Source of the DNA: a virus
IMG/VR virus record: IMGVR_UViG_3300042893_000684
Location: 40,427-104,426 of that record
Length of the DNA stretch: 64,000 bases
Reading direction: 5' to 3' (one strand)
Below the pieces are notes generated by a model. That model ran no database searches and was not told the DNA's origin. It saw nothing but the letters and a program-made list of their open reading frames with translations. Positions 30,115 to 39,306 of the stretch are shown in pieces; within the stretch, counting starts at the first letter, position 1; every line of letters begins with the position of its first letter. Both the position numbers and the translations under genes were made by a program.

Positions 30115-30783
30115 ATGAGTATAGTAAAGGGTCTAAAGGACCTAAACAAAGCACTCGATAAGCCGTCATATTCTGGCGGAGACGAAAACAAAGGCCGTTG
30201 GCTAAAAGTTGAAGACGGCGAAAGCGTAAAGATTAGATTCCTCCAGGAACTTGATCCAGATTCACCAACATATAATGACAAGCTTGGTTGCGGATTTATC
30301 GCATTAGAGCACACTAACCCAAAGGATTATCGTCGCAAGGCTCTAGACACAATGGAGTCAGAGGGACGTGACTGGGCAAACGAACAACATCGCAAGGATC
30401 CAAAGGCTGGCTGGAAGGCCAGGACCCGCCTATATATCAACGTCTTGGTAGACGATGGTAAAGAAGAGCCATATGTTGCAATTCTTTCACAAGGTACAAG
30501 CGGTAAAACAATTACACCTACCTTAATTGAATACGCTGGCGAGATGGGAAGCATCACTAACTTGATGTGGAGAATTAAGCGCAATGGTTCAAAGACAGAC
30601 ACAAGTTATACAATTATTCCATTGGCAAAAGACGAAACACCATTTGATTTCACTGCGCTGGAATTGTATGACCTAGAAAAAACAGCAGTACGCCACGTAA
30701 CATATGCAGAGCAAGAAGCTTTCTATATGGGCGAAGGTGGAAATAATGAAGAGTCTACTTCTTCAAGTAGCATAGACTGGTAA
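30115..30783 (+). CDS. Single-stranded DNA-binding protein (gp32-like)
   Basis: IRFL, I.R.G...DT.Y motifs; acidic tail; between primase and polymerase. Confidence 0.65.
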   Translation: MSIVKGLKDLNKALDKPSYSGGDENKGRWLKVEDGESVKIRFLQELDPDSPTYNDKLGCGFIALEHTNPKDYRRKALDTMESEGRDWANEQHRKDPKAGWKARTRLYINVLVDDGKEEPYVAILSQGTSGKTITPTLIEYAGEMGSITNLMWRIKRNGSKTDTSYTIIPLAKDETPFDFTALELYDLEKTAVRHVTYAEQEAFYMGEGGNNEESTSSSSIDW

Positions 30784-30806
30784 TAGGTTAAGAGGCGGAG
30801 AGTTAA

Positions 30807-33800
30807 ATGAAATTTACACACTTACATGTGCATTCCTACTATTCTTTAATGGATGGGCTTAACTCTCCCCTCGAACTTGTTCAAGCGGCAAAAGCGGCGG
30901 GACAAACAGCAATAGCAATTACAGATCACGGAACATTATCATCACACCGTGAAATGCAAATTGCGTGTAGAGAAGAAGGCATAAAGCCAATCCTTGGAGT
31001 AGAAGCATACATATCTCCAACAGACAGATTTGATAAGTCTTCAAAGACAGATAAGTCTATTCAAGCATACAACCACATCATCCTATTAGCAAAGAATAAA
31101 AAGGGATTAGAAAATATTAATATTCTCCAAGAGCTTGCATGGAACGAAGGCTTTTATCATAAGCCACGTATTGATAGGGAGATATTAAATGAATACTCGG
31201 AAGGCATTATTGTATTGTCTGGATGCCTTAATGGTCTTATCTCTAAGTGCATCGAGAAGAATGAGTTCTCTGAAGCTAAACTCCTTCTCAAAGACTTTAA
31301 GAAAATTTTCGGTGAAGATTTTTATATTGAGGTTCAGGCTCACAATCCGAAAGAAATAAATGAAGGCTTGCTATCTCTAGCAGATGAACTTAAAATTAAA
31401 GCGGTGGCAACAGGAGATGCTCACTTTGCTAAAGAAGAAGACAGAGTATTAGAAGAGGCAATGCTTATATTATCAACATCCCCTAAGATGGATAAGGATG
31501 CTGACTTTGAAATGTCCAGACAGATTAAAGATATTAATGAAAGATTAAATTACCTATATCCAGACCGTAGAATATCATTTCAAGACTACAATTTATTTAT
31601 CCAATCACGATCTGAAATTGAGGCGGACTTTAATAAGGCTGGAATTACTCGTACAGATATATATGAGAATACAATTGAGATATCTGACAAAATTGAAGAA
31701 TACGATTTTAACAGGGGTCTAGACCTACTCCCTGTACCCAAGACCGATGCTGACCAGAAACTGGCTGAGATGGCCTTCCAGGGCCTAGAAAGGCTACGTT
31801 TAACAGACGGCTGGCTAGGAAATGATGTGTATGAGCAAAGATTAATGGAAGAATTAGAAGTAATTAGAAACAAGTCCTTTGCATCATATTTTTTAGTTGT
31901 GGCAGATATGATTAACTGGGCTAAAGAAAATAATATTATGGTTGGTCCTGGTCGTGGTTCCGCAGCTGGATCTTTAGTTTGTTATACATTAGGGATTACT
32001 GATGTGGACCCAATAGAGTATGATTTACTGTTCTTCCGTTTTATTAATCCAGAACGTAATGACTTTCCAGATATTGATACAGACTTTGAAGACCGCCGTC
32101 GTAAAGAGGTTAAGGATTATTTAAAGAAGAAGTTTAAGCACGTTGCATCTATTTCTACATACACTTACTTTAAAGATAAGGGTGTAATTAGAGATGCTGC
32201 TCGTGTATTTATGGTTCCACTTTCAGATGTTAACCGTGCAATGAAGTCTATTGATACCTTTGAAGACTTTGTTGAGTCGCCAAATACTAAGGAGTTTAGA
32301 ACCAAATACCCTGAAGTCTTGTGGCTTGCAGATAGACTTCGTGGAAGAATTAGATCTGTTGGAGTACACGCTGCAGGTGTTGTAGTTGCAAAAGATGATT
32401 TAAGAAAATATGCTCCTGTTGAATCAAGAGCGGACGCAAGTGATTTAGTATCAGGTAGAATTCCTGTCGTCGCATACGATATGGATACGGTTGCAGATAT
32501 AGGTCTTATTAAGCTAGATGCACTAGGTCTTAAGACTTTATCTGTGATCTCAGATACACTTGCTTCGATTAAAAAGCGCTCAGGCAAAGATATTAATCTT
32601 TCAGAGTTGACACTTGACGATCCCGATGTTTATAAAGTTCTAAGCGAAGGGTATACAAAGGGAGTATTTCAAGCAGAAGCAACCCCATATACTAATTTGC
32701 TAATCAAGATGGGCGTAGATAAGTTTGAAGATCTTGCTGCATCAAATGCATTAGTTCGTCCAGGAGCTATGAATACAGTAGGTGCTTCTTATATTAAGCG
32801 TAAACACGGTAATGAAGCAGTCCAGTTTATTCATCCAATTATGAAGCCTTTTACCGAGAATACATATGGTGTTATTATATATCAGGAGCAGGTTATGCAG
32901 GCATGCGTACACCTGGGCGGTATGACTTGGTCAGAGGCTGATAAGGTCCGCAAGATTATTGGAAAGAAGAAAGATGCAAAAGAGTTTGACCAATTCAAAG
33001 ATAGGTTTATTGCTGGGGCTTCAAAACACATTTCTAAGAAGCAAGCCGAAACGCTCTGGCATACTTTTGAAGCGCATGCTGGTTATTCTTTTAACCGCTC
33101 CCATGCTGTTGCTTACTCTATGCTTAGTTATTATACTGCTTGGCTTAAGTTTTATTATCCACTTGAGTTCATGTTTTCGATTCTTAAAAACGAAAATGAC
33201 AAGGACAAAAGAACAGAGTATCTGATTGAGGCTAAGAGATTAAAGTTAAGTATTAAGCTTCCACATATCAACGAGTCTGATGTATTCTTTTCTTTAAAGG
33301 AAGACTCGATTAGATTTGGTCTCGGAGAAGTAAAGTTTATTTCAGATAGTATTGCAAACAAAATTATTGACCAGAGACCGTTTGCTTCTTACTCAGAGTT
33401 TATTGACAAGGCTTCTAAAAAAGGTAGCGGAATAAATAGCCGTGCTATCTCTGCTTTAAATGCAATCGGTGGAGCGGCATTCCCAGACAATCCTAGAAGC
33501 GGAAATGAAAAGGATAGTTACTACGAGTATCTAGGTATACCTACATTTAACCTAGAGGGAATTCCACCACGCATTAAATCACAGGCAAGACCTATTGAAG
33601 AGTTTGAAGACCTCGGATCATTTGTTATGTTTGGTATGGTTAAATCAATTAAGCGTGGTAATGGTTGGGCACGTATAGAATTAGTAGATGAAACTGGATC
33701 TATTGGTCTATTCCATACGGAGCAGACTCAAATAGAGACAGGACAGATGTATTTTATCCTTGTAGGTGATAATAGAATTGCTCGTTATGTAAAGGTTAGC

Positions 33801-34088
33801 GATATGGATCCCTCTGGTTCTAATTCATTTGTAGACTACTTATATAAAAAGCAATATGATCTTGACGAAGACGAGTATGTTGTAGTAGACTTTACTCCGT
33901 ATGTAACAAAAGCTGGAAAAACAATGAGCCATATAGTTCTTTCAAACGCACAAAAAGAATTAACTAGAGCAATTGCTTTCCCCACAATGTATAAAATGTC
34001 CCTTGCTAAAATGCGAGAAGGAATGAAATGTAAGGTTGTTCTATCTACTTTAGATGATGGAACTTTAATGGTAAAGGAAATAAAATGA
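30807..34088 (+). CDS. dnaE: DNA polymerase III alpha subunit
   Basis: HLHVHS..S..DG PHP domain, GRGSAAGS, PDIDTDF, GYSFNRSHA. Confidence 0.95.
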   Translation: MKFTHLHVHSYYSLMDGLNSPLELVQAAKAAGQTAIAITDHGTLSSHREMQIACREEGIKPILGVEAYISPTDRFDKSSKTDKSIQAYNHIILLAKNKKGLENINILQELAWNEGFYHKPRIDREILNEYSEGIIVLSGCLNGLISKCIEKNEFSEAKLLLKDFKKIFGEDFYIEVQAHNPKEINEGLLSLADELKIKAVATGDAHFAKEEDRVLEEAMLILSTSPKMDKDADFEMSRQIKDINERLNYLYPDRRISFQDYNLFIQSRSEIEADFNKAGITRTDIYENTIEISDKIEEYDFNRGLDLLPVPKTDADQKLAEMAFQGLERLRLTDGWLGNDVYEQRLMEELEVIRNKSFASYFLVVADMINWAKENNIMVGPGRGSAAGSLVCYTLGITDVDPIEYDLLFFRFINPERNDFPDIDTDFEDRRRKEVKDYLKKKFKHVASISTYTYFKDKGVIRDAARVFMVPLSDVNRAMKSIDTFEDFVESPNTKEFRTKYPEVLWLADRLRGRIRSVGVHAAGVVVAKDDLRKYAPVESRADASDLVSGRIPVVAYDMDTVADIGLIKLDALGLKTLSVISDTLASIKKRSGKDINLSELTLDDPDVYKVLSEGYTKGVFQAEATPYTNLLIKMGVDKFEDLAASNALVRPGAMNTVGASYIKRKHGNEAVQFIHPIMKPFTENTYGVIIYQEQVMQACVHLGGMTWSEADKVRKIIGKKKDAKEFDQFKDRFIAGASKHISKKQAETLWHTFEAHAGYSFNRSHAVAYSMLSYYTAWLKFYYPLEFMFSILKNENDKDKRTEYLIEAKRLKLSIKLPHINESDVFFSLKEDSIRFGLGEVKFISDSIANKIIDQRPFASYSEFIDKASKKGSGINSRAISALNAIGGAAFPDNPRSGNEKDSYYEYLGIPTFNLEGIPPRIKSQARPIEEFEDLGSFVMFGMVKSIKRGNGWARIELVDETGSIGLFHTEQTQIETGQMYFILVGDNRIARYVKVSDMDPSGSNSFVDYLYKKQYDLDEDEYVVVDFTPYVTKAGKTMSHIVLSNAQKELTRAIAFPTMYKMSLAKMREGMKCKVVLSTLDDGTLMVKEIK

Positions 34089-34369
34089 CAGAAGAAGTGC
34101 AGCACGACATTAATCAAATACAGGCTTCACTAACTGCAAGCAAGGTTCTTGTTGCAATTCTTGAGACCCTCGGTGAAGTTAGAGTAGAAACAAAAACATT
34201 GGTAGGAGCGGAAAATAAAGACAAAGAGCTCATTGTAGATTACGATGAGAATGGACCATCTTTTATTTTTAGACTTCCACGCCCAGGTGATTTTGAATTT
34301 AATGCAGATCTAATTGAAGAAGCAAATATAACTCAAGAAAACAAGGATCTAATTAATGACTTCGAATAA
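34085..34369 (+). CDS. Hypothetical protein
   Basis: Coupled ORF. Confidence 0.55.
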   Translation: MTEEVQHDINQIQASLTASKVLVAILETLGEVRVETKTLVGAENKDKELIVDYDENGPSFIFRLPRPGDFEFNADLIEEANITQENKDLINDFE

Positions 34370-34703
34370 TTTAGTTACGGAATACGGACTAGACGCCCTA
34401 GCAGCCATATTACACGAAACTGCAATTGAAAAAGGATTTTGGGATGGAACAATTAGTTACGACAAAGTTGGGAATAAGTTGGCTTTAGTTCATTCAGAAG
34501 TTACAGAGGTGCTTGAGGCAATTAGAAAGAATAAAGGTTCAGAAGAAGTTGTTGAAGAGATGGCAGATGTAATTATCAGATTACTTGATATCTATGCAGC
34601 AATGAGAAATTCAGGAGATTTAATACATAGCCTAGATGAAGTTCTAGAAAAGAAAATTAATATAAACAAGGAGCGTCCAGCACTTCACGGCAATTTATTT
34701 TAA
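34356..34703 (+). CDS. MazG-like NTP pyrophosphohydrolase
   Basis: SEVTE..EA.RK, EEMADV, K...N..R. Confidence 0.75.
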   Translation: MTSNNLVTEYGLDALAAILHETAIEKGFWDGTISYDKVGNKLALVHSEVTEVLEAIRKNKGSEEVVEEMADVIIRLLDIYAAMRNSGDLIHSLDEVLEKKININKERPALHGNLF

Positions 34704-34732
34704 TGCTATACTATAAAAAAGAGAGAGTATAA

Positions 34733-35737
34733 ATGAGCGTAGATATTGATAACATATTAGCAAAGCTAGACCCTAAAACAAGAGCAAGAGTTCAATCTGC
34801 ACAGGATGTACAAGTTGAAAAACAACTTACTCCAAGTATTGGACTAAACTTTGCATTACGTGGGGGGTTAGGATACGGTAGACAAGTGCTTGTATGGGGC
34901 AACAAGTCCGCTGGTAAATCTTCTTTCTGCCTACAGATGATTGCTCTTGCACAAAAAGAAGGTAAGACTTGTGCTTGGATTGATGCAGAAGCATCTTACG
35001 ATCAGTCATGGGCCGAGCAACTAGGAGTAGATTCGTCTTCCCTTATTTACTCTCCTGCAAAAACCGTTAATGATATGGTTGATGTAGCTACCAAGTTAAT
35101 GGATGCAGGTGTTGATCTTATTGTTGTAGACTCTATCTCTGCATTACTTCCTGCTATTTATTTTGAAAAAGACGGAAATGAAATGAAGGATTTGCAAGAT
35201 ACAAAGCAAATCGGCGCTGAAGCAAAGGATATGACCCACGCAGTCAAGATGTTAAATTATGCAAACAAAAACACACTACTTGTTCTCATCTCACAACAAC
35301 GAAATCAGTTTGGATCTATGCATGCTAGTCACATCCCCACGGGCGGCATGGCTGTCAAGTTCTTCTCTTCCACAGTTATCAAACTCTGGTCTTCTGAAGC
35401 TGAGGCTAATGCTATCAAAGCTGGCATTAAAGTTGGCGACAAAATTATTGAACAAAGAGTTGGCAGGCCAGTTAACTGGATTGTTGATTACAACAAGCTC
35501 GGCCCCCCAAATTTATCGGGACAATACGACTTCTACTACCAAGGGAGTGTTCTTGGTGTAGACAGTGTTGGAGAAACTTTAGACGTTGCAGAAATGTGCG
35601 GCATAGTAGAAAAGGGTGGAGCATGGTATACAGTAAATGGAGAACGTTTTCAAGGACGTGCAAAGGCTGTAGCGTATTTAAAGGAAAATCCAGATGTTGT
35701 AGACAAATTAATAGGCGAGATAAATGCCAAACATTAA
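34733..35737 (+). CDS. recA: RecA-like recombinase
   Basis: GNKSAGKS, WIDAE, VVDS, GG.A.KF. Confidence 0.9.
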   Translation: MSVDIDNILAKLDPKTRARVQSAQDVQVEKQLTPSIGLNFALRGGLGYGRQVLVWGNKSAGKSSFCLQMIALAQKEGKTCAWIDAEASYDQSWAEQLGVDSSSLIYSPAKTVNDMVDVATKLMDAGVDLIVVDSISALLPAIYFEKDGNEMKDLQDTKQIGAEAKDMTHAVKMLNYANKNTLLVLISQQRNQFGSMHASHIPTGGMAVKFFSSTVIKLWSSEAEANAIKAGIKVGDKIIEQRVGRPVNWIVDYNKLGPPNLSGQYDFYYQGSVLGVDSVGETLDVAEMCGIVEKGGAWYTVNGERFQGRAKAVAYLKENPDVVDKLIGEINAKH

Positions 35738-35912
35738 TGAGTTTCTTAATCAACCAGAGCGTATCTTTTCTCCAGAGCTTGAGAAAATAGGCGGATCAAA
35801 GCCATGTAGTAAGTGTGAAAAGGATTCAACAGAATATTTTTGGGATGCAGTTACTACAACGATATCTTGGGAATGTCCAGACGGACATAAGAATTCTTAT
35901 TCGGTGGGATAA
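35724..35912 (+). CDS. Zn-binding hypothetical protein
   Basis: CSKC...CPDGH. Confidence 0.55.
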   Translation: MPNINEFLNQPERIFSPELEKIGGSKPCSKCEKDSTEYFWDAVTTTISWECPDGHKNSYSVG

Positions 35913-36214
35913 TGTCAGAGAGAGCAGAAGTAAAGCGTGACGGGGCTAAGGCTCAGAAGAACAGCGGAAGAGGGGATTACCAGAAAGGTGATGCTCAATG
36001 GAAGCAATTCCTTGTAGATTATAAAGAGGCTGGAACATCCTTTACTTTAAACAAAGATAACTGGGCAAAGATTTGTACAGACACCTTTAAGGTAAATAGA
36101 GATATGCATCCAGCATTAAAGATTATTATTGGGGCAGAGTCTAAGGTTAGACTAGGCATTATTGAGTGGTCAGTTCTTGAAGAGCTGATCCAGTTTTATG
36201 AGGAGAACCACTAG
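35912..36214 (+). CDS. PD-(D/E)XK resolvase-like nuclease
   Basis: NSGRG..KGD....VDYK. Confidence 0.55.
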   Translation: MSERAEVKRDGAKAQKNSGRGDYQKGDAQWKQFLVDYKEAGTSFTLNKDNWAKICTDTFKVNRDMHPALKIIIGAESKVRLGIIEWSVLEELIQFYEENH

Positions 36215-36307
36215 TGGAACTATTTTTAATTTGCGGTATTGCAATAGGATTTTTGATCGGCTACCCACTGGGTTTATTTATAGACAAACTAGATAAGGAT
36301 ATTAAAA

Positions 36308-36646
36308 ATGACGCAAGATAAAAATACTCTTGAGCTAATCAGCGACATAACAGAGTTCAATGATCTTCATGAGTTTATGAAGGATGAGCACTTAGATAAA
36401 ACTTTGGCTATTGTTGTAAAGCTTCTTATGAACCCCGATGTGCCTTCGGCAAAGGCTCCTATGCTTATTATGGAACTACAGGCTATGTCAACTAAGTTTG
36501 CAGTAATGTCTTCTATCTATTCAACTATTGCTAAGGATAAAGCGGGCACAGTAAATAACAATAAAAAGAACGTGTATTATTCAGTAAAAGAGTCCATAGA
36601 CAAACTTGTAGATGCACTTAAGTATGTCGTTAGGTATAACTCATAA
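36308..36646 (+). CDS. Hypothetical protein
   Basis: ORF with SD AAGGA. Confidence 0.55.
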   Translation: MTQDKNTLELISDITEFNDLHEFMKDEHLDKTLAIVVKLLMNPDVPSAKAPMLIMELQAMSTKFAVMSSIYSTIAKDKAGTVNNNKKNVYYSVKESIDKLVDALKYVVRYNS

Positions 36647-37438
36647 ATGGCTAGAGAAATTGTAAGAAACCTTAAATTTAAAAAGCACACAGGAAAGTTT
36701 TTTGATCCTGAGTTGTTTGCTCAGTTACTTGATGAGTCATATCGTAATACTAAACGAGCAGACGGAGAGATGACCAAGAAGTCGTTTAGTCCAAGTTCGT
36801 TAGGTTATGGTCATGGTAAGTGTCCTAGATACTGGTACATGGCATTTTCTGGCGCAGTCTTTATTGATGATAACGATGCAGTTGCTGTTGCTAATATGGC
36901 ACAGGGAACTCAGGCGCATGAGCGACTACAGAAGCTTATTTCTACTATGCCAGAGTGGAGAGCGGAAGAAGAAGAAATTATTAATGAGTATCCACCAATC
37001 AGAGGCTTTATAGATCTTATTATGGAGTACGATGGCGAAACAGTAATTGGTGAAATTAAAACGGCAAAGCAAGAGGTGTGGGACGCCAGACAATCAGAGA
37101 TGAAGCCTACAGACAACCACATGCTACAACTTCTTACCTACATGAAACTGAAGAATGCTAAAGAAGGATTCTTTCTGTATGAGAATAAGAATACTCAAGA
37201 AGTCCTAGTTATTCCAATTTCTATGAACGAAAAGAATACAAGGATTATCGAGGAGACCTTTGCCTGGATGTGCGAAGTCTGGGATAATTTTAAAGATGGG
37301 GATCTTCCAAAAAGACCTGAAGGTGCTACTAAATCAAAGATGCCTTGTACTTACTGCCCAGTTAAGAAGGAGTGCTACGCAAAGGGTGGACCTGTAGGCA
37401 CTGTTGAAATTGATTTGTTTTCGGTATCTAATATATGA
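36647..37438 (+). CDS. Cas4/RecB-like PD-(D/E)XK exonuclease
   Basis: CPR, G...H, G.ID, EIK, QL..Y, C-terminal CxxCxxxxxC. Confidence 0.75.
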   Translation: MAREIVRNLKFKKHTGKFFDPELFAQLLDESYRNTKRADGEMTKKSFSPSSLGYGHGKCPRYWYMAFSGAVFIDDNDAVAVANMAQGTQAHERLQKLISTMPEWRAEEEEIINEYPPIRGFIDLIMEYDGETVIGEIKTAKQEVWDARQSEMKPTDNHMLQLLTYMKLKNAKEGFFLYENKNTQEVLVIPISMNEKNTRIIEETFAWMCEVWDNFKDGDLPKRPEGATKSKMPCTYCPVKKECYAKGGPVGTVEIDLFSVSNI

Positions 37439-37713
37439 TTTGCGCTAACTCTGAATGTAAAAAAGATTTTGTGCCTAAGACGCACAATCAAAAATACTGT
37501 ACAGATGAGTGTTGCCGTGTTGCAACCAACAGAAGAATTATGGAAAAGTATTACGAAAAGAAAGCCATTAGGGGCGGTGCTGCAAGGCCTTGCTCAAAAT
37601 GTAAAGCTCAGTTAAGCAGGTATAACAATTCAATGCTATGCTCAACTTGTGAGAAAAGCATTAATATAGATATTAAAAATAAATTATTTAGGATGATTGA
37701 TGACGCTAGCTAG
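37435..37713 (+). CDS. Cys-rich zinc-binding protein
   Basis: Multiple CxxC/CxxxC motifs. Confidence 0.6.
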   Translation: MICANSECKKDFVPKTHNQKYCTDECCRVATNRRIMEKYYEKKAIRGGAARPCSKCKAQLSRYNNSMLCSTCEKSINIDIKNKLFRMIDDAS

Positions 37714-38266
37714 TTTAAAAAAGACACAAGCAGATAGAGTTCTTGGCATAGATGCTTCAACAAACTCTATTGCTTTTTGCTTGATGGAAAATGATGTCCC
37801 ATTAAAGTGGGGCAAGATTGAACTGCGTGGCCTTGATATATATGAAAAGATACACGATGCAAAGAATAAAATGCATTCAATGCTTGAAGAGTTAAGATCA
37901 GACTATATTGTCGTTGAAGGTGCTGTGTTTGTAAAATCAGCAGATGCTGTAATTAAACTATCATATGTTTATGGAGTAGTTATAGCAGAATTGATGTCTA
38001 CTGGAGCAAAGGTTATTACAATAGCCCCATCCTCTTGGCAGGCATACATCGGCAATAGGAACCCAACGAAAGAAGAGAAGCAGGCAATAAGAGCACTTAA
38101 CCCAGGCTATGCCGACTCCTGGTATCAAAACAAATTAAGGAACATGAGAAAGCAGAGAACTGCTGACTACTTTAACAGGAAGTATAATTTAAATGTGGTG
38201 GATTTTGACGTTGCAGATAGCTTTGGTATTGCACATTATGCTAACAAAGTACTAACAGAGCGATGA
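37700..38266 (+). CDS. ruvC: RuvC-like Holliday junction resolvase
   Basis: VLGID, VVE, P..W, D.ADS.GIA. Confidence 0.75.
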   Translation: MTLASLKKTQADRVLGIDASTNSIAFCLMENDVPLKWGKIELRGLDIYEKIHDAKNKMHSMLEELRSDYIVVEGAVFVKSADAVIKLSYVYGVVIAELMSTGAKVITIAPSSWQAYIGNRNPTKEEKQAIRALNPGYADSWYQNKLRNMRKQRTADYFNRKYNLNVVDFDVADSFGIAHYANKVLTER

Positions 38267-38409
38267 AGTTATATCAAAGTAAAGATTGGCTACATAGAAG
38301 ATATGTGGTTCAAAAGAAAACGGTAACTGAAATTGCCGATGAATGTAAAGTCTCTGCTATGACCATACAGAGATATCTAGAACAGTTTCAATTAATTAGG
38401 AGAAGATGA
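38263..38409 (+). CDS. 48-aa HTH protein (not in ORF track)
   Basis: MKLYQSKDWLHRRY...TVTEIADECKVSAMTIQRYL. Confidence 0.6.
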   Translation: MKLYQSKDWLHRRYVVQKKTVTEIADECKVSAMTIQRYLEQFQLIRRR

Positions 38410-38738
38410 TGCTAAAGGCGGTATTTGAGGATGTCAACAATTTTAATTGCAGTGATTTATATTTAAGATCAGTAGGTGCACCAGCAGGTAATAAGATCTG
38501 GGGAGCATGCCATGAAATTGCACATATGTTAATTGAAAAGAATATCTCGTACGGCAACTCTGCCCTTGAGCCAGCAAGAATATTTTCAACGGCGGACTCA
38601 ACAGAGCAATTAAAAGTTCGTATTGATGATAAATTAAATAGGGTAAAGAATAACCAAGGATATGCTGGAGACAATGATATTGATGATTTAATTGGATATT
38701 TAGTCCTATATAAGATTGCCAGGGCTAATTCTGATTGA
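38406..38738 (+). CDS. DUF1599-like (nucleotide-modification-associated) protein
   Basis: KN.SYG.S, RI.DKL.R, D...DLIGY. Confidence 0.55.
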   Translation: MMLKAVFEDVNNFNCSDLYLRSVGAPAGNKIWGACHEIAHMLIEKNISYGNSALEPARIFSTADSTEQLKVRIDDKLNRVKNNQGYAGDNDIDDLIGYLVLYKIARANSD

Positions 38739-38763
38739 CATTTTAGTCGACTGAAAGTATACT
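38735..38763 (+). promoter_or_regulatory. Promoter TTGACA-17-TATACT, leaderless to 38770
   Basis: Near-consensus; ATG 6 nt after -10. Confidence 0.75.
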
Positions 38764-38769
38764 GTATTA

Positions 38770-39306
38770 ATGAGCGAAATAGAATTGTCAGAACGTTTTG
38801 ACAGAATGAATAGGGTAGTTGAAGAACTTCTAAAAGGAAGCACACCCACACAGATTTCCACAATTACAGGAATACAGCGCAAGGAAGTCCTTGAGCTAAT
38901 CGATGACTGGAAAGACGTTGTACATAATGATAGCAACATCAGAGATCGTGCCCGAGAAGCCATCTCAGGGGCGGATCAACACTATGCCATGCTTATTAAA
39001 GAAGCGTGGAAGACTGTAGAAGATGCAGATCAATCTGGACAGTTAGCAGTCAAATCTGGTTCACTAAAGCTTATTGCAGACATAGAGACTAAAAGAATTG
39101 CAATGCTTCAATCAATTGGCGTCCTTGAAAATAATGAAATTGCATCTCAAATTGCAGAAACAGAACGCAAGCAAGACATTCTTGTTAAGATTTTAAAAGA
39201 AACTACATCAACATGCCCTAAGTGTAAGATGGAAGTTGCAAAGAGATTATCCCAAATAACTGGAGTAATCGAGTCAGTCCCAGTAGAGGAAGCCGATGTC
39301 GTTTGA
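38770..39306 (+). CDS. Terminase small subunit (putative)
   Basis: N-terminal HTH, helical; overlaps large subunit. Confidence 0.55.
   Translation: MSEIELSERFDRMNRVVEELLKGSTPTQISTITGIQRKEVLELIDDWKDVVHNDSNIRDRAREAISGADQHYAMLIKEAWKTVEDADQSGQLAVKSGSLKLIADIETKRIAMLQSIGVLENNEIASQIAETERKQDILVKILKETTSTCPKCKMEVAKRLSQITGVIESVPVEEADVV

Noticed and set aside
36647-37438. Cas4-like gene as CRISPR component
   Set aside because: Sits in the recombination operon; stand-alone Cas4-like nucleases are common in phages
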